This document shows positions 20,663 to 27,947 of a DNA stretch of 27,947 nt, piece after piece. The DNA is from Marinobacterium sp. (lineage in GTDB: Bacteria; Pseudomonadota; Gammaproteobacteria; Pseudomonadales; Balneatricaceae). The notes under the pieces are model-generated. The model ran no database searches. It saw nothing but the letters and a program-made list of their open reading frames with translations, and was not told the origin of the DNA. The DNA lies in assembly GCA_041562495.1 (NCBI GenBank), contig JBFEXW010000003.1, forward strand, positions 1 through 27,947, read 5' to 3'. A program made the position numbers and the translations under genes. The stretch's first letter is position 1. The number at the start of each line of letters is the position of its first letter.

Positions 20663-22558
20663 TCAGACCACCTCAGCAAGGTTACCCTTGGTCTCCAGCC
20701 AGGTTTTGCGATCGGATGAGCGCTTTTTGGCAAGCAGCATATCAAGCATCTCTCCGGTTGCCTCGTCGTCATCCAGCGTAAGCTGAACCAAACGCCTCGT
20801 ATCGCGAGCCATCGTCGTTTCGCGCAACTGCATCGGGTTCATCTCACCCAACCCCTTAAATCGCTGCACACCGATTCTGGCATTTTTCCGTTCGGCCTGA
20901 ATTCGTTCAATAATGCCACGACGCTCCTCATCATCCAGTGCGTAATAAACCTCTTTGCCGACATCGATACGATACAGAGGCGGCATGGCGATATATACAT
21001 GACCCGCTTCAACCAGAGGTCTGAAATGGCGCAGGAAGAGCGCACAGAGCAGTGTTGCGATATGAGCACCATCGGAATCCGCATCAGCAAGAATACAGAC
21101 CTTACCGTAACGCAGCCCCTCAAGGTTCGTCGAGGCGGGGTCGACTCCGATCGCCACGGATATATCGTGAATCTCCTGCGACGCCAGAATCTCGCCGGAA
21201 TCAACCTCCCAGGTATTCAGAATCTTTCCGCGCAGCGGCATTATCGCCTGAAAATCGCGGCTACGCGCCTGCTTGGCAGAGCCACCTGCAGAATCACCCT
21301 CCACCAGAAACAGCTCAGACTGAGCCGCATCAGCACCAGAGCAGTCGGTAAGCTTACCGGGCAGTGCGGGGCCCTGAGTCACCTTTTTGCGAACCACTTT
21401 TTTGGCCGAACGCATACGTTTCTGAGCGTTAGCGATCACCAGTTCAGCGATCGCCTCACCCTCATCAACATGTTTGTTCAACCAGAGCAGAAAAGCATCT
21501 TTGACAGTACCCGAAATAAACGCCGCAATCTGACGCGAACTGAGCCGTTCTTTGGTTTGACCGGAAAACTGCGGATCACGCATCTTGGCTGACAGAATGA
21601 AGCAACAGCGCTCCCAGATATCTTCCGGCGTCAACTTTACACCACGCGGCAGCAGGTTACGGAATTCACAGAACTCTCGCATCGCCTCCAGAAGGCCGGT
21701 ACGCAGACCATTCACATGCGTACCGCCCTGAGCAGTAGGGATCAGGTTAACGTAGCTCTCTGCTGTAGCTTCACCACCCTCTTTCAACCACTGAACAGCC
21801 CACTCAACTGCATCCTCCTCACCCTGCAGACTGCCGGAAAAAGGCTCTGCTGGCAGAGTTTCATAAACCTGAGTTGCACCCTTGAGATAAGCGACCAGCC
21901 CATCTTCGTAGTACCACTCCTCGCGCTCGCTTGAAGCACTGGAAAGATCCTGAAAAATGACACGTAGTCCCGGGCAGAGCACTGCCTTGGCGCGCAGATT
22001 ATGACGTAGTCGGCTAATACTGAATTTTGGTGAATCGAAGTAGCTGGCATCGGGCAGGAAACGAACAGTGGTCCCCGTATTACGTTTACCACAGCTGCCG
22101 ATCACTTCGAGTTGAGACACCTTTTCACCATTGGCAAAACCAATATGGTAAACCTGACCATCACGCTTGATCTCCACATCAAGCAGCTTGGAGAGGGCAT
22201 TAACCACGGAGACACCCACCCCGTGCAGACCACCAGAGTAGTTGTAGTTCTCATTGCTGAACTTACCACCCGCATGGAGGCGCGTCAGAATCAGTTCGAC
22301 GCCGCTGATCCCCTCTTCAGGGTGGATATCAACCGGCATCCCCCGACCATCATCGCTGACCGAGATGGAGTTATCGGGATGAAGCACCACTTCAATCTGT
22401 TTTGCATGACCAGCCAACGCCTCATCGACTGAGTTATCGATAACCTCCTGCGCCAGATGGTTGGGACGGTCAGTCTCGGTGTACATACCCGGACGCCGGC
22501 GTACCGGATCCAAACCACTCAGAACCTCAATCGAACCCGCGTTGTAATCTTTTGCCAT
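20663..22558 (-). CDS. parE: DNA topoisomerase IV subunit B
   Basis: 631 aa, which is ParE length and not GyrB length. The GHKL ATPase domain is present (EVIDNSVDEALAGH, DDGRGMPVD) together with the TOPRIM domain (EGDSAGGSAKQARSRDFQAIMPLRGKILN). The yqiA-yqiB-nudF neighbourhood is the same as around E. coli parE. Confidence 0.95.
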   Translation of the reverse strand: MAKDYNAGSIEVLSGLDPVRRRPGMYTETDRPNHLAQEVIDNSVDEALAGHAKQIEVVLHPDNSISVSDDGRGMPVDIHPEEGISGVELILTRLHAGGKFSNENYNYSGGLHGVGVSVVNALSKLLDVEIKRDGQVYHIGFANGEKVSQLEVIGSCGKRNTGTTVRFLPDASYFDSPKFSISRLRHNLRAKAVLCPGLRVIFQDLSSASSEREEWYYEDGLVAYLKGATQVYETLPAEPFSGSLQGEEDAVEWAVQWLKEGGEATAESYVNLIPTAQGGTHVNGLRTGLLEAMREFCEFRNLLPRGVKLTPEDIWERCCFILSAKMRDPQFSGQTKERLSSRQIAAFISGTVKDAFLLWLNKHVDEGEAIAELVIANAQKRMRSAKKVVRKKVTQGPALPGKLTDCSGADAAQSELFLVEGDSAGGSAKQARSRDFQAIMPLRGKILNTWEVDSGEILASQEIHDISVAIGVDPASTNLEGLRYGKVCILADADSDGAHIATLLCALFLRHFRPLVEAGHVYIAMPPLYRIDVGKEVYYALDDEERRGIIERIQAERKNARIGVQRFKGLGEMNPMQLRETTMARDTRRLVQLTLDDDEATGEMLDMLLAKKRSSDRKTWLETKGNLAEVV

Positions 22559-22591
22559 TCTTAATTCTTTCTCTAGTTTGCTCGCGCGCTA

Positions 22592-23188
22592 TCAAGGATA
22601 GTCGTTTGCGGCAAAGCTTAAAATAACCGGTAACATTTTTTCAAAATCTTCAAACGCGTGGCTACCGCCGGGTTGTACAATCTGCTGGGCTTCTACGTAA
22701 TAACTGACGGCATCACGATAATCCAGCGTTTCATCCCCCTCCTGCTGCAGTAACAGCAAGCGTTCAGGATGATTAAGCCGCTCTAAATAGTAGTGTTCAA
22801 GTTGGTGCATATGCTCATCGGTGAGCATATATTTTTCACCCGTATGATAGTTCTCAGTCTCCCCTAACAGATCCTTCAGCAAACGCTGAGGAGCAACGGC
22901 AGGATTAACCAGAACTGCTCTAACCTGATCATAGTGCTCGCTAAACCAGGTGGCATAGAAGCCGCCTAACGAACTGCCGATCAATACAACGCTGGGATAC
23001 TGCTCAACCAGTGATCTCAGTTTAATCATCGCCAGTTCCGGCCAGTGTGGCAGCTCCGGCACATCCAGCTTATCGGCGATACCCATGCGCTCAAACAGCT
23101 GCTTTGTCAGTTCCGCCTTAAAACTTAGCGGCGAGCTGTTAAAACCGTGAATATAGATAAAATGAGGTAGTTCAGCGACAGTTTTCAT
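22592..23188 (-). CDS. yqiA: YqiA-family esterase (alpha/beta hydrolase)
   Basis: 198 aa. IYIHGFNSSPLSFKA, IGSSLGGFYATWFS and VNPAV match E. coli YqiA. Confidence 0.88.
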   Translation of the reverse strand: MKTVAELPHFIYIHGFNSSPLSFKAELTKQLFERMGIADKLDVPELPHWPELAMIKLRSLVEQYPSVVLIGSSLGGFYATWFSEHYDQVRAVLVNPAVAPQRLLKDLLGETENYHTGEKYMLTDEHMHQLEHYYLERLNHPERLLLLQQEGDETLDYRDAVSYYVEAQQIVQPGGSHAFEDFEKMLPVILSFAANDYP

Positions 23189-23200
23189 ATCCGATCTGTC

Positions 23201-23650
23201 TTAGCAAACCAGAGACTGCGGCAGGACAACTTCCCCTGTTGAGAAGCATTGGGTCAGCCACTCTGACAGATAGAGGTTTAACTGAAATTTCTCATCCGGC
23301 TGATGCATATCGGGATTGGGGTAAGCATAGCGACCAGCGAGCTGACGGCGCCCCAGCATAGAGACCACTTCAGCCATACGTGCATCATGGTATAGACGTA
23401 CCACCAACGTTTGCGGGTTGACCCACTGGGACTCGGTGTCCGGTCTGTAGGACACCAGATAGGTCGAGGTAAACGCAAACTCCTCATCGCGCTGAATCCG
23501 CACCTTAAACTGATGCTGATGCCAACTGATGCGATATTCACACCACTCCTGATCCTCCGGAAGGAGTTTTAGCAGACGTGCATAGTTCGTCTCGCAGATC
23601 ACACTCTGCTTGACCAGATCCGGCACATATTTACGTTTACTCTGCTTCAA
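23201..23650 (-). CDS. yqiB: DUF1249 protein YqiB
   Basis: 149 aa. VVRLYHDARMAEV and YPNPDMHQPDEKFQLNLYLSEWL resemble E. coli YqiB. It overlaps the nudF stop by 4 nt. Confidence 0.85.
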   Translation of the reverse strand: MKQSKRKYVPDLVKQSVICETNYARLLKLLPEDQEWCEYRISWHQHQFKVRIQRDEEFAFTSTYLVSYRPDTESQWVNPQTLVVRLYHDARMAEVVSMLGRRQLAGRYAYPNPDMHQPDEKFQLNLYLSEWLTQCFSTGEVVLPQSLVC

Positions 23651-24258
23651 CTCTTTAACCTGTTTCTATTCAGTTCCAGCCACTGTAACCCAATAATTGC
23701 CGGAGAACTATTGACCACACCGAGGCGCACAAGTTCAAACGCATCCTCCGCAGCAAGCACATGCACCCTGATATCCTCACCCTCGGATTCAAGTCCATGA
23801 ATACCGTCAGCAGTGTCGCTATCGACCTCGCCATAGAGCAGATCGATCCACTCATCACAGCCACCGCCACTGGGCAGATAGCGACTGATTCGCTGAATAT
23901 TACTAACGCTGACGCCAGCTTCCTCCTGAGCCTCGCGGATCGCGACATCTTCGGAGGTTTCTCCCGGCTCAACCATGCCGGCTACCACTTCAATAACCCA
24001 GGGGGAATCAGCAGCAAGAGCCCCAACACGAAACTGCTCAATCATCACCACCCGATCTTTAACCGGATCAAACAGCAGCAGACAGACCGCGTTGCCGCGC
24101 CGGAACAGTTCACGTGTAATCTGGATGGAATCACCCTCAAACCGCGAATGAGTCAGAGTGAGGCGATCGACTTTAAAGTAACCATCGTAGACACGCTCCT
24201 CACAATCAACACTGACGTCAGATCTTGAGAAACCTGGTTTCCATAGCTCACCCGCCAT
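23647..24258 (-). CDS. nudF: ADP-ribose pyrophosphatase (Nudix)
   Basis: 203 aa. The Nudix box is GMVEPGETSEDVAIREAQEEAGV. Overall similarity to E. coli NudF (FRRGNAVCLLLFDPVKDRVVMIEQFR...IRVHVL). Confidence 0.92.
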   Translation of the reverse strand: MAGELWKPGFSRSDVSVDCEERVYDGYFKVDRLTLTHSRFEGDSIQITRELFRRGNAVCLLLFDPVKDRVVMIEQFRVGALAADSPWVIEVVAGMVEPGETSEDVAIREAQEEAGVSVSNIQRISRYLPSGGGCDEWIDLLYGEVDSDTADGIHGLESEGEDIRVHVLAAEDAFELVRLGVVNSSPAIIGLQWLELNRNRLKS

Positions 24259-24289
24259 TTAGCAAATCCCTATCTCTATAATGAGGGTA

Positions 24290-24973
24290 CTATTTCAGAA
24301 AACCGGTGAGCGCATCAACCGCAGCATAAACGATATCGTCAATTTCCATCGACAGAATCGACTTCCGACGCGACTGATAATGAGTCAGTGTTTTGTCCGC
24401 TCTGGCCTGAGCCTCATACAGCTCCATCGATCTCACGGGATCGTTATTGCGCTGTTGAGCACCATCATCAAGCAGATGTCCGCCCGATTTGCGCCACTCC
24501 AGCAGATGGATCAGCTCACCATTATCAAGCCAGATCCCATGATTTGCGCACTGATCGACAATCACACCGCTACGTTTTGCAAAGTTAAAGCGCCGCATCG
24601 GCAGCTCACAAACAGGGCAATTTCGGTAACGAATTGACACGCGGCTAAAACGATCAATATTGATCTGATCAATCTGCTGGATTTTGACCCGGTCAGCGTG
24701 TGATACCCCTTCACGCAACGCGTATTCGATACCACCCGGGGCAAAGAACATTCCGTAACAACCGGAACAGTGAGCCAGCTCAAGTCCCTCTCCGATAGAT
24801 ACCGAAACCCTGTCGAGCGCGATCTCACATTCAGGGCACTTCAGTGTACTGCCATCATCGGCCAGCGCATCAACCTGATGCGCGTGCAGATCCAGATCGT
24901 TGCGCACACCGCAGTAGCGACAATGAGCTGAGTGGGTCGGCAGTGGTGCAGAGCAGGCATGACATCGGGGCAT
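24290..24973 (-). CDS. triple zinc-ribbon protein: N-terminal C4 ribbon plus two TFIIB-type zinc-ribbon motifs. Partner of the upstream SPFH protein, YdjG-like
   Basis: 227 aa. Ribbon 1 is CHAC-x12-CRYC. Ribbon 2 is CPEC-x21-CSGCYGMFFAPGGIE. Ribbon 3 is CPVC-x20-CANHGIWLDNGELIHLL. The last two fit the CPxC...CxxCxGxW[FL]DxGEL signature of the TFIIB-like zinc-ribbon family. The ATG lies 2 nt after the stop of the SPFH gene, which indicates translational coupling. The stop is 31 nt before nudF. Confidence 0.7.
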   Translation of the reverse strand: MPRCHACSAPLPTHSAHCRYCGVRNDLDLHAHQVDALADDGSTLKCPECEIALDRVSVSIGEGLELAHCSGCYGMFFAPGGIEYALREGVSHADRVKIQQIDQINIDRFSRVSIRYRNCPVCELPMRRFNFAKRSGVIVDQCANHGIWLDNGELIHLLEWRKSGGHLLDDGAQQRNNDPVRSMELYEAQARADKTLTHYQSRRKSILSMEIDDIVYAAVDALTGFLK

Positions 24974-24975
24974 AA

Positions 24976-25989
24976 TCAGAGTTTCGCCAGTAACTCACGT
25001 TTCTTATCAGCAAACTCCTGCTCACTGATCAGCTCCATCTCATGAAGCTGCTTAAGCTTCATCATTGCACCGAGAATATCTTCGCTTTCAGTCCTGTGTT
25101 TAGCACCCTGACCTTCAGCCATCGTCGCCTGCGCTAACTGCTGCCCCATACCAATACCCGCGCCGATTCCAACTCCGGCACCTGCGGCTCCGGACTCATT
25201 TGCAGCCGCTTCACGCAACGCTTCCAGACGTTGTAAATCAGCAAAATCGACACCCGCTTTTTTAGCGGCCAGTGCTTCAGTGGTAATATCTGCAACCCGA
25301 CCTACCCGATCGCGGGTCTCCTTATCAAAGTCGGTACCCTCGATTCTGAAATCAACGATCTTCAGACCGAGTTTATTGAACTCCTCATTCAATCGAGACT
25401 TTAAGCCGTCACCGATCTCATCACGCTTGGCATCGATATCCGCATAACTGAACCCCTGCTCCGCCAGAAAATCGGAGATCGGTTGCACCAGCCGTGGCGT
25501 CAGCACCTGACGCAACTCTTCAACTGATTGAGATTCGCGGGAACCGAGAATATTAACGAAAAAGTTTCTGGGATTATTCAGGCGATAGCTGAAGTTACCG
25601 TAGGCTTTCAGACCTACCGGAAAATCATAAACCGGATCCTGATATTTAATGGGTGAGCTGGTACCCCATTTCTGATCGAGAATCAGTGTCTTACGGAAGA
25701 AATAGATCCCGACTTTATGCTCACTCTCGAAGAACTGCATGAATTTGGAGAGTGTGGTGATAAACGGGATATTCTGCGTTTTGAGGTTATATACACCCTC
25801 GTTATGCAGCATCGCTTTCACCTTACCGCGATAGACAAAGATCACTCCCTGCCCCGGCTTAATCACCAATTGCGATGCATTCTTTATCTCATCGCCATTA
25901 TCGGTCCACTGTGAGAATAGCTCCGAGCCATCGTCATCCCACTGAATTACCGAACGAAGCTGCCGTGCTAATCCTGATATCAATCCCAT
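24976..25989 (-). CDS. SPFH/band-7 domain protein of the YdjI-like (COG4260-type) family, with a Gly/Ala linker and a C-terminal SHOCT-like bihelical motif
   Basis: 337 aa. The N-terminal region (LVIKPGQGVIFVYRGK..., IEGTDFDKETRDRV) resembles YdjI-type SPFH proteins. A low-complexity linker follows (GAAGAGVGIGAGIGMG). The C-terminal KLKQLHEMELISEQEFADKKRELLAKL matches the SHOCT pattern. A good Shine-Dalgarno (AGGAAGAG) is present. Confidence 0.7.
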   Translation of the reverse strand: MGLISGLARQLRSVIQWDDDGSELFSQWTDNGDEIKNASQLVIKPGQGVIFVYRGKVKAMLHNEGVYNLKTQNIPFITTLSKFMQFFESEHKVGIYFFRKTLILDQKWGTSSPIKYQDPVYDFPVGLKAYGNFSYRLNNPRNFFVNILGSRESQSVEELRQVLTPRLVQPISDFLAEQGFSYADIDAKRDEIGDGLKSRLNEEFNKLGLKIVDFRIEGTDFDKETRDRVGRVADITTEALAAKKAGVDFADLQRLEALREAAANESGAAGAGVGIGAGIGMGQQLAQATMAEGQGAKHRTESEDILGAMMKLKQLHEMELISEQEFADKKRELLAKL

Positions 25990-26051
25990 AACACTCTTCC
26001 TGTCTGCTCAGCCACAGCTTAGGCGAGATTCCCGCTAGCGACAAACTGTAA

Positions 26052-26909
26052 TCAGGCCACCTCAGCCGTAAACTGGCGTAACTGCTGGACCTCTTCCGGC
26101 CAGATCGTTTCATCAATGGTTTCAAGCACCAGTGGGATCCCCCGGAAACGATCATCCTGCATCACATAACGAAACGGTGCCCAGCCGATCTCACCCATAC
26201 CTAAACTATGGTGACGATCCACCCGGCTCTCAAAAGTTGATTTAGCATCATTCAGGTGCATACCAAAAAGCTTGTCAAACCCGATCAGTCGCTCAAACTC
26301 ACCAAAGCTTTTTTCGCAGGCTTCTTGAGTACGCAGATCATAACCTGCAGCAAAGATATGACAGGTATCGATACACACACCGACACGCTCTTTATTGCGC
26401 ACCTTATCAATAATCTCTGCGAGTTGCTCAAAACGGAATCCAAGGTTGGTCCCCTGCCCTGCGGTAGTTTCCAGTACCGCGATAACACCATCGGTTTCAG
26501 ACACCGCCTGATCAATAGACTCAGCGATACGCGTCAAACACTCCGACTCCGTGATCTTTTTCAGATGACTACCCGGATGAAAGTTGAGATAACAGAGTCC
26601 CAACTGCTCACAACGCTGCATCTCGTCAATAAAAGCACTACGCGAGCGCTGCAGCGCCTCGGTCTCAGGATGACCCAGATTAATCAGGTAGCTATCGTGC
26701 GGCAGAATCTGCTCCGGCAGAAAACCCAATTCATGGCATGAGGCTTTGAAGTTGGCGATACTCTTATCGGTCAGTGGCTTGGCGTCCCAGCGACGCTGAT
26801 TCTTGGTAAACAGCGCAAAGGCGTTGGCACCTATGGCTGCTGCATTTTTTGGCGCATTTTCAACGCCACCCGATGCACTAACATGCGCGCCCACGTAATA
26901 GGGTTTCAT
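26052..26909 (-). CDS. nfo: endonuclease IV (AP endonuclease, Xth/Nfo TIM-barrel)
   Basis: 285 aa with very high similarity to E. coli Nfo ([77 protein letters not shown]). Confidence 0.96.
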   Translation of the reverse strand: MKPYYVGAHVSASGGVENAPKNAAAIGANAFALFTKNQRRWDAKPLTDKSIANFKASCHELGFLPEQILPHDSYLINLGHPETEALQRSRSAFIDEMQRCEQLGLCYLNFHPGSHLKKITESECLTRIAESIDQAVSETDGVIAVLETTAGQGTNLGFRFEQLAEIIDKVRNKERVGVCIDTCHIFAAGYDLRTQEACEKSFGEFERLIGFDKLFGMHLNDAKSTFESRVDRHHSLGMGEIGWAPFRYVMQDDRFRGIPLVLETIDETIWPEEVQQLRQFTAEVA

Positions 26910-27047
26910 AAAACGTATTTACACTCTAATGCGGCGTAACGCGACTGCACGGGTCAATCGCGTCATCAGTTAAATAGATAGTCGGTGGCAGTACCAGCGC
27001 CATATCGCTGAACTGCGCCTTCAAACACCCTTCTATAAACACACCAT

Positions 27048-27230
27048 CTATAGCTTACAGGCGCCGCCGATACAGTCATCAAAATCCATAGATTCCAGCT
27101 CAACACGCTCAGCATGCAGCGCCTTCACACGCGAAAAAAGCTGTCCTTCAGAGGAGTCATCAGCGGATATCTCAGCGCGTTCAAATACATTCACCAGAAT
27201 GGCGAGTTCATCAGTAGTTAGATCGTTCAT
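27048..27230 (-). CDS. hypothetical 60-aa acidic protein downstream of recJ
   Basis: The ORF begins 26 nt after the recJ stop with a polypurine Shine-Dalgarno-like leader (AAGAGAGAA-ATG). The product is MNDLTTDELAILVNVFERAEISADDSSEGQLFSRVKALHAERVELESMDFDDCIGGACKL. I recognise no family. The coding call rests only on ORF length and the ribosome-binding context. Confidence 0.35.
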   Translation of the reverse strand: MNDLTTDELAILVNVFERAEISADDSSEGQLFSRVKALHAERVELESMDFDDCIGGACKL

Positions 27231-27256
27231 TTCTCTCTTCTCTTGTTGCTCTTCTT

Positions 27257-27947
27257 CTATACCGGTTGAATCCAGTCAACCATTAGTTGCAGACTACGCT
27301 GACCTCTAAACTCATTGATCTCCAGACGGTAGACCAACTGTACACGCTGAACCTGAGGATCAGGCCAGAGTTCAGTATCTACATTAAAGGCGATCGCATC
27401 CAGCGCCAATCCAGACTGAGGCTCCTGTAGCACCAGTTTAAGATGACGCTGACCGACCATACGTTGCTGAAGCACACGAAACTCACCACTAAAGCTCGGT
27501 TCAGCAAACTGGTGCCCCCAGGGACCCGCATTGCGCAGCAGCTGCGCCAGCTCCATTGAGAACTCGTTCGGCATAAGACGCCCGTCAGTCAGCAGTGAAC
27601 GTTGCAGATCATCAGCATTGGTCTGGACAGAAACCTCTCTATCGAAAACCTGACCGAACAGCTGAAGATCTTTTGCGGCAATCGTCAATCCTGCAGCCAT
27701 CGCATGACCACCGAATTTACGGATTAACCCGGGGTTGGACGCTGCAATATGATCCAGACCATCGCGGATATGAAAACCACTGATGGAGCGTGCCGACCCT
27801 TTGATTTCGCCCTCATCACCCGGTGCAAAGACGATCACCGGTCGATTCAGTTTCTCCTTAATGCGTGAGGCCAGAATTCCAATAACACCCTGATGCCAAT
27901 CATCATCGTAAAGCACAATACCGGTGGGAAGCTCAGCATCATCCAGC
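27257..27947 (-). CDS. recJ: single-stranded-DNA-specific exonuclease RecJ, C-terminal part (DHHA1 and C-terminal OB region); the 5' end lies beyond the window
   Basis: The frame is open to the window edge. The DHHA1 motif is KFGGHAMAAGLTI, and the preceding region is LYDDDWHQGVIGILASR. The ORF-track 'start' at 27916 is an internal GTG. Stop is TAG 27259..27257. Confidence 0.88.
   Translation of the reverse strand, partial: LDDAELPTGIVLYDDDWHQGVIGILASRIKEKLNRPVIVFAPGDEGEIKGSARSISGFHIRDGLDHIAASNPGLIRKFGGHAMAAGLTIAAKDLQLFGQVFDREVSVQTNADDLQRSLLTDGRLMPNEFSMELAQLLRNAGPWGHQFAEPSFSGEFRVLQQRMVGQRHLKLVLQEPQSGLALDAIAFNVDTELWPDPQVQRVQLVYRLEINEFRGQRSLQLMVDWIQPV

Noticed and set aside
20999-21592. 197-aa plus-strand ORF antisense to parE, plus further antisense ORFs in glmM (6516..7612), ftsH (8724..9089) and ldtD (20032..20286)
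   Set aside because: All are embedded opposite well-supported conserved genes and have no motifs or ribosome-binding sites. They are most parsimoniously chance ORFs.
26033-26040. 8-bp palindrome CGCTAGCG in the nfo-SPFH spacer
   Set aside because: It is too short to distinguish from chance. It could be an operator half-site pair, but nothing supports this.
26910-27047. Short palindromes (ACGCGA...TCGCGT at ~26938..26960; GGTGGCAGTACCAGCGCC at ~26983..27000) between the 60-aa ORF and nfo
   Set aside because: The stems are 6 bp or imperfect and no U-run follows. They are not interpretable as terminators or operators from sequence alone.

Overview
This window is almost entirely conserved core-genome sequence from a gammaproteobacterium with Pseudomonas/Oceanospirillales-type gene order, and nearly every gene is on the minus strand. 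Read in minus-strand transcription order the content is: recJ (partial) and a 60-aa ORF; nfo; an SPFH-SHOCT gene tightly coupled to a triple zinc-ribbon gene; nudF-yqiB-yqiA-parE; an ldtD/ycbB-like L,D-transpeptidase and mepK(ycbK); carA-carB-greA; on the plus strand yhbY and a DEAD-box helicase; then rlmE(ftsJ)-ftsH, folP-glmM, secG, tRNA-Leu(GAG), tRNA-fMet, rimP-nusA-infB-rbfA-truB (partial). I found no CRISPR array, transposase, integrase, phage gene or long repeat. Composition looks uniform by eye at roughly 50% GC, although I could not compute it. Intrinsic terminators, likely promoters and a candidate leader-peptide attenuator upstream of carA can be read directly from the sequence. The only content that is not classic housekeeping is the SPFH/Zn-ribbon two-gene module between nfo and nudF. 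It resembles, in rearranged form, the Psp-associated YdjI/YdjG membrane module of Firmicutes. It is the best candidate here for an under-described system, but the call rests on motif recognition and not on a database search. Product calls for the other genes are from recognisable conserved motifs and from synteny with E. coli and Pseudomonas. Several ORF-track starts are alternative-codon artefacts (carA) or ambiguous (ftsH, yhbY).
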